Translations under genes and position numbers: made by a program | Assembly (NCBI RefSeq): GCF_018350175.1 | Contig: NC_058368.1 | Coordinates: 1,860,001 to 1,924,000, forward strand | DNA length: 64,000 nt | Source: Felis catus | Lineage: Eukaryota | Direction: 5' to 3' | Shown here: piece after piece, positions 40,201 to 52,339 of the stretch | How the letters are laid out: every line of letters begins with the position of its first letter | Numbering within the stretch: the stretch's first letter is position 1 | The notes under the pieces: model-generated | The model's input: only the letters and a program-made list of their open reading frames with translations | What the model was told of the DNA's origin: nothing | Databases searched by the model: none

Positions 40201-40342
40201 TTAGGCCTTTGTAAGACATACGTTAAAAGGAATGTTCGCAGTGACTCGATGCTACCTTTTTCCAAGAGAATCCACTCTCGGACAACTGCTTCCATTATGG
40301 CTGTGGCAGCTTGAAAGAGGACATAGTCCACTTTACTTGTTT
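40201..40342 (-). CDS. XPO4: Exportin-4 coding exon 3 (142 nt), ETSKVDYVLFQAATAIMEAVVREWILLEKGSIESLRTFLLTYVLQRPN
   Basis: Translated by hand (not in the ORF track). Acceptor ttttctcctcag|AA, donor CCTAA|gtaagt; frame continuous with exons 2 and 4. Confidence 0.97.
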
Positions 40343-43300
40343 CTGAGGAGAAAATCGGAAACTTTCTTTAAACAGCGATCCCTCCTTCTTCGAACAGTTT
40401 GCATTTATTAATTTAAAAACGGAACTTTTCAGACAAGGAATAAGATGGTTACCTGTTCTTTTTTTAATCCAGTGACCTTTTGCTCTAGCACCACAAAGAG
40501 GTTAGTTCCTCTCAGAAGACACCCCAGGCAGGTGGCAGCTAATCACCGATCACAATTTTCACAAACTTTCCTCACCTCTCTTCAACTGTTACTTCCAAAG
40601 CATGAAGAACTAAAAAATAACACAGCTTTAAAAAAAATAAAAATAAAAATATAAAGCAATCAGAAAATTTCCTAAGAGATTCTCACCCTGTGCAAAATAG
40701 AGCTTTGCGTTTGCAAAATATCTTAATAAACTCGTCTTTGAACGTTACTATTTGTGGTGAGCCATGCTGTTAAAATATTTGTTAAGAAATTAAGCTTTCA
40801 GCAGGATGGCCCATCCCCAATAGCAAGTTCAGAAATAAACACAATCACATTCAGGTTATTTTTCTCAAAATGCTAAAAAAAAAAAAAAAAAAAAATGGGA
40901 GTCACATTTACCCAAGGTGAGAAGTTCTTGTGAATTTTCTGATTGCAATACTGATCAAACTGAGTAAAATTCCAAAGCTACACTTAGAAAACCCCAGCCT
41001 TAACTAGCAAGTTATAGTATCTGAACTAAAAACTGAATCAGGAGGGAAAGAAAAAACAGAAAATTAACACACCTAAGAAATATTTTAATTTTCTATTTTT
41101 TCTTTTATTCACCAATACCACTACAATCAGTTTCCAAACAGCATTATCAAAAGGGAGAAACAGTCAAAATGAAGTCAAGAAAAAGTAGAAATTTTCTGAA
41201 GTTCTGAAAAATAACCATCATGTGAAATCCATGAAAGTTTATGATTAGATTGCAGGTTATTTGCCAAGATCACTAGACATGAGTATCCGAGAGCCCTGAG
41301 AAATTAACTCTAGGCATAGAATGGCACCTTCAAGAATTTATCAGAAGAGCATGAAGACATAGGGAGGCACATCATTTTCTCTCCTACTCAAGCTCAGGTC
41401 ATTTAAAAATCTTGAGTGATCTTGACACAATACGCTATAAAAATGGGTGAAAAAAAGGTACACCCTATATAAATTCCATCAATTTAGACTACCAAATAGG
41501 AGTTTTGAACATAACAAAACCAAAAAGAGGACCCAATTTGGACCTTTTTAAAAAAGTTTGATTATTCCTTGCTTTCTTAACATGAATTCTAAGTGAGATG
41601 ATCATCAGAACTCACAAAAATTTAGAAACCTTAAAATATTATCAGTAAAGAAAGCAACAGCTTCCAAAAACGTAAACCTATCATAAAAAGATGTGTTTAA
41701 AGTTCCAGGAGGAAAAAAAAAAAGTAAGTGTAAGAGGAACTGAAACAGAAACTAGCTATATCTATTTAGATCATGTAAGGAGAAATACGGTACTGCTTCA
41801 TAAAGGTGATTCAAGTAATCTCTTATTATAAACCTCTTCTATAAAGTAAACGATGGTTGATTGCCTAACTTCACTTTCTATTGCCATAGTAAAAATCTTA
41901 AGGACAAGAAACCCCAGATCCTTAGTTATGGATTTTAACAAAGAAGCAAAATCTTAGGGACTCACAGAATTTTGGACATAGAACTCCAAAGGTCACCTAA
42001 TTCAATTCCTGCCTTTTAAGGCTGAAGAAAGTGTTGACGCACCAGGGGACTAAGAGAAAAGAATTCAGGATCACGTGGCCGGTGAATGTTCCTGGAGCGA
42101 CACTAAGCCACCCCGAAACGCACGTGCCAAGGAAGAGAAGACCAAACGAGCTCCTTCTGTTTCCAGAAGCAACAAAACATGCTTATTTCTAACTACCTGT
42201 GCTTACAGCCAAGCTGTTTTTCCTGCCTCCCCCTCCTTTTTGCAAGGGACGAGGGAGGGAGTTAACTGCAGAAGGTGAATGACAGACATTCAACAGTTTC
42301 CGAGGTGACTCTTTCTTAGATGCCTCTGTTTGGGCATCTCTACATTCCTACTCCGGTAAGAAGCTTCTCTAAGAATGGAGGAACCTGAAATTCCAAATTT
42401 CAAGGAAGGAATTCTCCTAACCTAATGGATCGCACTACACCTTCTCACGAAACTGTCACTAGCCTTCATAAACCGCACTTCAACACGATATAAATGTGCA
42501 AAAGGTGCTCCATGGAACTCTCGAAGCTACCAGCAGAAGATTGGGCCTTCACGTGGATAGATAGATGAGCCTGATCCTTGCTCTCTGCTCCAAAGATGCT
42601 TGAAATGGCAAGGTCTTCACGAGGAACTCCCAAGTCATCTAGAATTTCTGATACTTTTCAGTTGTTCTCCACTGACCAGGGCATTGTCTAGAGAATAAAT
42701 TATTTTAGGCCACTTCGGCAGCAAGTTGCCCCTTTTTACCACGGTAACTTTAATAATTATGTAAACAAAATTCATTTCTATCACGTCAGCCATCTGAACC
42801 CACACAGGGCCATGAAGACAAAAATTGAAGTGAAGGAAACAATGAGAAGCAGAGCACCACATTCTGGTCAAAAAATATTTTTAAAAGAAAACTAAAACCA
42901 CAGTAGTCAAGGCCCAGATGTTCAGCTACCACGACCACCTCTCTGGCATCAAAGACTTCTGTCCAAAGCACAGGCTCCAGAGCACGTGGATACACACGTG
43001 TACACAGGCACCCCAACTGGTAAGAAGTCTCAGTTTCGCTTTGTTTTGCTCCAACCACTTCTGAGACAAGAAATTGAAGAAACCCGTTTCTCCCTGGGAG
43101 AAGGACAGAAGAATGCTACAAAGTTAGTTCTGGAAGCGCTGGTCGGGGTGTATCTTTAACAAGAACAGAACTCACAGGATTTGTGAACGCACATTTGACC
43201 AAACCAAAGTAACACCTTCCTGAATGCCAAAGACTTCTTCTGTCTGAGGTGCAGAAATCCAAAAGTACCCTTCTGACAAAACGCGCCGGGGCGTGCAACA

Positions 43301-44564
43301 TGCACACGCAAATGCGCGCGCGCGCACACACAGAGTGGAAAAAGCACACCCAGAATGACAACAAAAGGATAAGAAGAGAAGGAAATGAGGAAAACTAGAA
43401 ACGTAATAAAAACTTAGGTCAGAAGTGGGAAGGAAGAATTTTAAGAGGCCAGAACAGGGAAGCATCAAAGAGAAAGTCTCCCCTTTATTAGAATATATCA
43501 CCCAGACACTGTATAAAAATGACATATTATCCCTAGCTAAGAATGTGAAAATTCTGAATTGCGATTGACTGCCACTTGTATGAGAAGTCTTCTTAGAGGA
43601 ATTAACCCTTCTGTGCTGGTGGCAACTGAGTAAGGAATTGAAAGATTTTCTGTGAAGTTTAGATGTAAACATTAATGTAACACAGGGCTTTGCAGTACAT
43701 TAATGATTAGATTACAATACATGCACTCAACCTTTTAAATAGTTAATATCTCAAAACCCAAACTGGTTTTAAAAGCACAGCCAGAACTAGCAATACTATT
43801 CTTTAGACATTTTTATCAGGAAAACAAACGTATTCCAGACAAGCTCAAATCGTAACAAAGCAACAGTACTTCATAAAATATACATACTCTAAAAAGGAAA
43901 GAGTCGTATAAACAAATACACTCTAATAACATACTTACAACTTAGATCAACTATTTCCCAACTAGTACTGAATGACAACTGCATTACAATAGAAAATCCG
44001 ATGAAACTGATGGATCCTAATTAACGTACTTAAGGCGTATGCGATAAAAACCAGACTCGAATTATGTTAGGCGACTAGTTTAACACAATGGTTTCCTAAA
44101 CTACTAACGCTGAACAATTTCAAGGCAGTGAAGACGAAAGCTCCCTTGAATTCTTAACGCTGATGTTTAGCTTTACTTCTTGTGATTTAACTCTGAATTA
44201 AATATTCTCCACAGGCATGATAGCAGGTTTTCTTAGTGCCAGAAACAAGTTCACCCAAGTATGACACCTGACCACTAAAAAAATAAAATCAATAAAAACT
44301 GCCTCATGTAGAATTTAAAAGGTGGTTATTAAAACTGACTGCTCCTCTAGTGAAAAACCTGACTCCTGAATGAGACAGGGCCACCTTCAACCACCTCTGC
44401 GAGCTCCTTGCAAACAGAACAGAGCACTTTGTGAAGGTTATCTTATTTTTAAAACGCCATCTGAAATCAGGTAACGGGGCTCCTCGCATTACCGTTCACA
44501 GAGTGGTTTTATATGTGGCTACTACATTTGTGCCTCACGACAACTTAAGTCAACGAAGCCCATT

Positions 44565-44700
44565 AAGGAAAATGGTACCACTGTTCCCATTTCATAGATG
44601 AAAACAGGCTCCGAGAGGCTAAGTGACTTCCTCAAGTTGATACCATGGAGAATAGACCTCACAGGTCCTACAGCAGTGCTCTCTCTATTCCAACCTAACA
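44565..44700. mobile_element. MIR
   Basis: cccatttcatagatgaaaacaggctccgagaggctaagtgacttcctcaag. Confidence 0.72.
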
Positions 44701-45709
44701 ACGCACTCATAAGCCCTTATACGGAAAGCATTTTTAACATTTAAATTTAATTGCAGGCTATTTCAATCTGGAAACCAGAGAGTGCTGGTGGCTAACAGAT
44801 AAGTCTTACTAAAAGCATAAGAATAAAAGGTCAGATATTTTAGTTCCTAATATGCAACTAACCAATTTTATGGTCAAGAATAACTCAAATAGCCTTTCAG
44901 AGGCTCAAGTGTGGGTTACAAAAAATGGCTCCAATTAAGAAAGAGTTAATAAACAATTAAGTTTTAAAATAACAATAACCAATGAAATCTCTCTTACTAT
45001 GACTGAAAAATACGTAAGAGACAGAAGACTGTGTGTCTGTGTCTGTGTCTGTGTCTGTGTGCACTTAGAAAATGTCATCTCTGGACAAGAGTTACAACTT
45101 TTGTGATTACTTTTAAAGGAAAGAGATTGTTTCTGTACGCATGTCAGATAAAAGGTACTTGTAAAATATTTTTACAAGAGTAAAAATTAATGTTTCATTT
45201 TACAATACACAGCGATCATCTACATAGAACTAATATTTGCTAAGCAAGCTGAATACAAACTATATGGTTAAAAAAATTTTTTGCACGAAAGAAAAATTGT
45301 TGAAACCTCCAAAAACAATCATAATTTCAAAACACTAGAGTAAGATATATTATAGTGCATTTCCTATAACAAGTGATAGCACTCTTGAGAACTGAAAAAA
45401 TATTAGATTTTCCCCCCACCATTAACAGATTTCATGTTTTGGTCAGTAATAAATTATACATATTTACTATATTTAGTAACTTGCTGTATTTATAAATTAC
45501 CATAGTTGGGGGAAAAAAAAGTCAAAGTAGAAACAGTCTTCTATCTGGCTTTATGGACTATCTTTAAAGCCACTTCAACAGAATGACTATTAATGGAAAA
45601 TTGTAATTACACACACCTGCTTGTTTTAAAAGGCATTTAAAATATCTAACATCCAGGATAGAAAGACTATATTTGATTCTGCAAAAATATTTTAAAAGTG
45701 AATACTTAC

Positions 45710-45815
45710 CCAAAATATGCTTGCAAACTGCAAATGGTGACTTTGATTTCCTAAACGATAAGAATATGTGCTCTGCATGCTGGCGTTGTTCGTTATTAAC
45801 CATGGAAGGTGGCGC
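45710..45815 (-). CDS. XPO4: Exportin-4 coding exon 2 (106 nt), [35 protein letters not shown]
   Basis: Peptide matches the XPO4 N-terminus as I recall it. Acceptor ...ccctcaag|GCG and donor TTGG|gtaagt read on the minus strand; phase fits the next exon. Confidence 0.97.
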
Positions 45816-47029
45816 CTTGAGGGTTAAAACGAGGAGCAAAACAAAACAAAAAACAGAGTACACCTGTTTAATAAGACAGCTTGAACAACAGCAAACCTTC
45901 TACCCGCAATAAGAGAAAACACTTTCACTTTCGGGGGGCGGGGGCACTGGGACGTCAAATTCCTGCTTGTTATTTTACAGAAACTGAAGTATAAAACTTC
46001 GTAATAAATATTTAAAATACGGTTTCAGGAAAAAGGAAGAAATTCCTGGCAAGGTTTCAAAGTTGCCTACATTTTAGAAGACAGATGCTTATATAACATT
46101 TTCTGTATCTTTTAAACACAGCTAACTTATTGCGTTTTATTCCAAAATATACCACTTCATCTAACTTGACTAAGTGAAAATTATCTCTAAATTTTCCAGC
46201 ACTGGTGCAACCAAATCCAAAGTCACTAAAAATTGATTTCTCACAGCAATGCTTTACAATAAAAATATTATCAGATAATTAATTCTACTTCAAGTTTCCT
46301 AAAATCACCATTAAACCAGAAAAAGTACAGAACAGTGGAGTTGGAAGTTATAAAACTCCTATCTGAATAAATGAATCCGTGGAAAAGTCAGACTTCTGGC
46401 TTAACAAAAACAACTTCTAAAGTCTGCCAGGTTTTTAAATTCCATTTTGTTCTAACAATCTTTCCTCTAAAGATAATATTCTTCTGAACCTAAAATATAG
46501 CCACCTAAAATACATAGTCTCATTGCATGGCTTCCTTATCTTTGACTCACTGAGACCCATCTGAAGAGAAGAGATTGCTTATGCAGCCTACCAATTAAAT
46601 AGCAGAATTCTCAATTTGAGAGAGGAGAGGTAGGAAAATAAACCTTCGCTACTGTGACCAATATGAAATGGGGAAATCAAAATTTCAACTATATTTAAAC
46701 AATCTGAAAGATAAAAAACATTTTGCAACAAAGTACATTATAAACTATATTATTGAAACCAAGTACATTATAAACCATATATTAATATAAACTATAAACT
46801 GTATCAATTATGTATCATCATCTTAAGCTGTATCAATTATGCAACATTAGTCACTATAATTTTAGTTAAAATAAAATAATAATAAAACCAAATTTGATAG
46901 CCTGGCCTAAAGGTATTCTTATAATTAGCCAAAACCAGTCCAGACTACTATTCCTAATGATACAGCACCCTCTACAGCTCTCTAGATAAAAACGAAAATA
47001 TTTTCATTATAAAGAACTGTGTTAAATTC

Positions 47030-47235
47030 TTTTTATTTTTAATGTTTATTTATTTTTGAGAGAGAGAGAATGAGCAAGAGAAGAGCAGAGAGAGAGGGAG
47101 ACACAGAATCTGAAACAGGCTCCAGGTTCTGAGCTGCCAGCACAGAGCCTGACGTGGGGCTCGAACTCACGAGCCATGAGATCAAGACCTGAGCCAAAGT
47201 CGGACGCATGACCAACTGAGCCACCCAGGTGCCCC
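47030..47235 (-). mobile_element. CanSINE
   Basis: Degenerate TSD tgtgttaa(a/g)ttcttt. Confidence 0.92.
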
Positions 47236-48359
47236 AAATTGTGTTAAGTTCTTTAGTACATTTTTTGAAAAAGTGTTACTATGAACAACTAACTATGCTA
47301 AATATAAATATTTTTGTCCTTCCATTTGCAAATTCTTCATTCTCACCATTTTCCTTAACTCAACAAGTTTGTGTTTTTACATGATATTTCATCATTAATA
47401 TCTGACTATACCCCCAAAACCAGCATATCAGTAAACACTATTACAACATGTTATACTGCTACGAATATAAGGCAACGAGTATGGATGACCCAGGTGATTC
47501 TGATTTATATATTCTTTCTTCTCATCACCCTTGAAAGGGAGTACACATACGTAATTTTGCAAGTCATTAATTATGCCAGTTATTCTGCAAACAAAAATAG
47601 TTCTTAAAGCTAATGATCTTTGGACATCCTGATATTCACATAGTTCATAAAATACAGGCCTCAAGATAACTTTAATATAACAGAATATTTCACTTATAAA
47701 ATATCATTAGATTTCGTTAGTAACGAAGTATAATGTAAAAGTTGGTTTATATTAACCACCTGGTTGAACATGATCATACAAACAATAAAATCATCCATTG
47801 ATTCATTAGATGGCAACACGGTATTCACTTTAGTTTCCCAAAACCAAAACTTTTAATTCTTTTTGAAAATGAATGACTTGGCAATGGTTTGCAAATAGTA
47901 AATTATGTGCATCAGCGAGTTCTGAGAAGATTTTTTGTTTAAAAAGAAAAAGAAAAGATTCCCAGCCCCAAAGACTTAACAGGCTCAGCTTCTACGTCAA
48001 AAACATGCATCTTTCCCACAAAATTCCCTGCTTAGTACTGACTTATATACCTATACCTCTACCTGTGGAACTCCTTCCTGCTCAGAAATCAGAACTCATC
48101 CTTCAAACTGCTTCAGCCTCTCCTTCGTCAGCCTTTCCTGACCTTCTCCCCGTCGGCCTGAACACAAACGTCTCCATCTCACCTCGGGCAATGCACTAGA
48201 CATGTATCTCTACCAACCCAACTTACCATAATGTACTGTATGTATTTGCTTGCCCCTTTCTCTTTTTCACTATGATTTTTCTGATACCAGAAACCTTACT
48301 TTACTCATCTCTAAATTCCTAGAGCCTTGCACATACCAAAAGAGAGGCAGCACCACCAA

Positions 48360-48530
48360 AACTAACATTCACTGAGTACTTAGTGTTACGAGGCATTATT
48401 TTCAACAGATGGATAGGCACACAGATATATAACCTCATTAATCCTAATAACCTTATGAGGTAGAAACTATTATTATTCCCATTTTACAGATGAGGAATGG
48501 AGTGATCAATCTGCTAAAGGTCAGGGAGGA
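48360..48530. mobile_element. MIR
   Basis: cttatgaggtagaaactattattattcccattttacagatgaggaa. Confidence 0.75.
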
Positions 48531-48950
48531 AGCAGAGGTGGAAACTGACCTCAGGGCCCTAACTCTTCAACAGAAACTACACTTAGGTGGTTCAGGATCA
48601 TGTAAGACTTATTATGCTTAAAGCAAGGGGATAGAAAGGAAGAAAATCCCTCGTAAACGTCCTCCTCTAAGACCCGATACAGACATTAGTGTTTTACATA
48701 GCTTGAGAAGTTTCAGTAAAGATATAATAATAGTAAAAAAGCCTTTTTGTATTGCCTGTTTATGTCCTTTCGTTGTCCCTAATAGCAAAAGATTGAAAAG
48801 AGCTCACACTTCAAAGGTACAGTCAAATGAATCAGAAGAGCTGGAATCAGGCGGAAGCAGAGTGCCTGATGGAAGACAGGAAACAACAGATGAGCAATTC
48901 CAGGTGTCTTCAGGAAAAGAAAGGCAGTAACAGGAAGAAACTGAAAGGTG

Positions 48951-49133
48951 TTTTTTATTTTTAAGTTTGTTTATTTATTGGGGGGGGGGGCGGTGCGGCA
49001 GAGAGAAAGGGAGAGCGAAACTCAAGCAGGCTTCATGCTGTCAGTGCAGAGCCCGATGCAGGGCTCCATCTCAAGAACCGTGAGGCGAGGTCAAGAGTAG
49101 GATGCCTAACCCACTGAGCCACCCAGGCGCCCC
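48951..49133 (-). mobile_element. CanSINE
   Basis: ctgagccacccaggcgcccc end. Confidence 0.85.
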
Positions 49134-50161
49134 GAGAAGTGTTTCTAAGGAGTCGCACCAGCAGGAGATCTGAAGCTCACAAAGCCCTAGCCCAACATGC
49201 TGGTGTTTCTGGCACAGCCCATGCTGTTCCACCAGCCTGGCCGGACCCCCTTCAATTTACAAAAAATCCTCAAGAAACACCATTGGTGGTGCACAGCTAG
49301 GGGCATCTGAAGCTGGAGCTCAAGATTCACTGAAAAATAGATTAAATGACATATTTAATATGAGGGGTTTTTTTTGGGGGGGGGGCATCAGGAGAACCAG
49401 AAGTACCAAATAATTTGTTTACTGAGGGCTGACTATAATCTAAGCAGCATGTCAGAAGCTAAGGATATCAAAGTAGAGAGAACCATCTCCGCCCTTATGG
49501 AATTCTGAGTCTTACAAAAGACATACGTTAATCAAATCACACAAATAATTATGAGTCTATCAAACCGCATTCTAGCTTCTCCCATCATGCAAACCTGTCC
49601 TCAAAACGTCAGAAATTCCACGTGCCAAATCCTGTGAGACCTATAGACTCTTTCTTTCTCTGGAGAGCTACGAGAACTTTTATTAAGACGAACAACAACA
49701 GCACCACTTAGTCCTCATGCAGAGTGCTAAATTGCATACGCTGTCTCATTTAATCACCGCAACATCCCTGTACGAATCATTGCCTCTCTTTTACATATGG
49801 CGAAACTCAGATTCACCGACTGTCACATACCCAAGATCACAGTATCAAAGGCAGAATTTGGTCTTAAGTCTGTGTAACACCAAAGCCCCTGATCTGACTC
49901 TCTTAAGTATTACTAACGAGGAGACATGGTTGAGTAGGCTAATTTCTGTTGGATAACTCGCAAAGAAATTCAAACAATATTCTAGGCTTACTATAAATAT
50001 CGTTTACAGGACCATGAAAAAAGGATATGAAAGTCAGACTGAAAAATCAGGCACGACTTGTAGATAGGAAACAAGCTACAAAAGTAGAAAACAAACTTGG
50101 AAGTCCATGCCACACAACTCATAATAAAAATTTTCCTCGCTCTAATCGCTCGCCCATCTTT

Positions 50162-50712
50162 CCTTTTTGTGTGCGTGTGTACACATTTAGTATTGTAACA
50201 AAGCCACTTGTACACTTTCAACGTTTAAAACTGAGCATCTTTCCTTTCCGGTGAAACAAAAAGCAAACGGAAAAATAAACAGGAACACAATTACAAGAGA
50301 AGGTCAATTCCAAATAAGATCCTACAGGTTCTGCTGATTCTCCCTGCGAGTGGCAGGGCTTAAGTCATCATCAGGAGAGAATTCTATTTTAAAAGTGTCA
50401 TCTTCAACTGCAAGGATGTCCATTAAACATGACAATTAAACATGCCGAAGGAGAAGCCACGTTGTCAAAATGCCCACTGAACCCACCCAAACGTCTCAAA
50501 CTTTGCTGACCTCCTATAACCCCATTTTTTAAAGATTTTTTTCTTTTTTTAAAACAAGAGAAAGTAGACAGATACATGTTGGTAAATGCTAACTGTCCAT
50601 ATTCACATAGAGACACAGTGAAATCTCTGAGCCCAATATACAGAGAAAGGAGGAAGGAAAACTAGAATTCCATGCACTACCCAGGGACCCAGCACCCTCC
50701 AGCTTCCAGCAG
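50162..50712 (-). pseudogene. SET: 5'-truncated processed retrocopy of the SET mRNA 3'UTR (no CDS)
   Basis: Minus strand reads ctgctggaagctggagggtgct...gtatattgggctcagaga...gaatatggacagttagcatttaccaacatgtatctgtctactttctc...gaacctgtaggatcttatttggaattgac...ctaaatgtgtacaca, which I recognise from memory as the SET 3'UTR. Flanked by a 12/14 TSD (50148-50161 and 50713-50726). Confidence 0.75.
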
Positions 50713-50848
50713 GCTCCCTCATCTTTTAGAGAGAGAGCATGGTTTAATGTTCAAATTAGAAAATCACAGATGTACTACCCAAAAACATGTTTGCCAGTAG
50801 TTTTTGACTCATTCACGGAAAATTTTAAGTTAAGAATTGTTCAATTTT

Positions 50849-51061
50849 GGGGCGCCTGGATGGCTCAGTCGGTTGAGCGTCCGACTTTGGCTCAGGTCAT
50901 GATCTCACGGTTCATGAGTTTGAGCCCCGCATCAGGCTCTGTGCTGACAGCTCAGGGTCTGGAACCTGCTTTGATTCTGTGTCCCCCTCTCTCTCTGCCC
51001 CACCCCTGCTTGTGCTCTGTCTCTCTCTGTCTTTCAAAAATGAATAAACATGAAAAAAAAA
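50849..51061 (+). mobile_element. CanSINE
   Basis: TSD gaattgttcaatttt at 50834-50848 and 51066-51080. Confidence 0.92.
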
Positions 51062-51196
51062 TCACGAATTGTTCAATTTTTAGTTTCCTCTCTATAACCT
51101 TTCCTTTTAAACCTTTGGAACTTAACACTGCTCCTACCTAAATTTAAATCCGTAACACAAAATGATATATTTTATTACTTTAAATGTTTCATACCA

Positions 51197-51432
51197 GGGG
51201 CACCTGGGGGGCTCAGTCAGTCAAGCGTCCGACTTCAGCTCAGGTCAGGTCGTGATCCCACAGTTAATGAGTTTGATCACGCAGTTCTTGAGTTTGAGCC
51301 CCACATCAGGCTCTGTGCTGACAGTTCAGAGCCTGGAGCCTGCTTCAGGTTCTGTGTCTTCCCCTCTCTCTCTGTTCTGCCCCTGCTTACGTTCTGCTCC
51401 CCTCTCTCTCAATAATAAAGATTAAAAAAAAA
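51197..51432 (+). mobile_element. CanSINE with small internal duplications
   Basis: caggtcaggt, and gatc..cagtt..tgagttt repeated. Confidence 0.88.
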
Positions 51433-51874
51433 TTTTTTTTAATGTATCATAGCAGTATTTCATAGTATTCCACAAAGAGTAAGTTCCAGTTACTGGACCT
51501 TTTCAGCTAAACAAATTTGAAAGATGTGCCCTAATTAATTAATCTCTTGCAATTTCACAGCATATCCCCAAAAGCTGTCTTTTCAAATCTATTTTCCTCT
51601 CAAACCTCTCATCTCATGACACCCCTTACTCCAGTCTCTCACAAAATGACCTTATTTTTACTTTCCCAAAGTGAAAGCCTTCTTGCATGATTAGCTCCTT
51701 TATGTGACTTCCTCTTCAAAAGGAAGGTTCTCCTATCCCCTTCTCCAATTTCTTAACAAAATACTCCCTTCCCCTCAACCTTCTCTGAACTCGAAATCCT
51801 CCTCCCATCCCTGCCCTCCTGGCTCCCCCTCACATACAACCCCATTTCTTCCCTCATCTCTTCTCACTCTCTTT

Positions 51875-52068
51875 CTTTTTTTAAGTTTATTTACTTTTGA
51901 GAGAGAGCATGAGGGTTAGAGCGAGAGAGGGAGAAAGGGGAGAGAGAATCCCAAGCAGACTCCATCCACGCTGTCAGTGCGGGCGGGGCCTGACACGGGG
52001 CTCAAACCCATGAAGACCAAGTCCTTGACCTAAGAAGAAATCAAGAGTCACTCCATCCATGCGCCCCC
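51875..52068 (-). mobile_element. CanSINE (diverged)
   Basis: Flanked by tcactctctt repeats. Confidence 0.8.
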
Positions 52069-52339
52069 TCACTCTCTTTAGCTTCTCTTAAAGTTATACT
52101 TAGTAATGGCGCCCTGCTTTCTGCTTACAAACAGGTTTACCCTACCTTAAAAATCCCTCCAAACAATCTTACGGTCCCCTTTAATTAAAAGAACAAGATA
52201 CCGAAATCAAAACGACCTGGTTTCTAATCCCATCTCTGCAGCACAATAGTTAGGAAATTTCCAGGCAAAGACACCTCCAGGCAAGTCAGGGTCCCTAGCA
52301 GCTGATGATGCTAATGAATGCATCTCATAATGGTATGAG

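Noticed and set aside
39829..40219. PFPSL-repeat ORFs
   Set aside because: Translations of the (GGGAA)n/(AAAG)n microsatellite.
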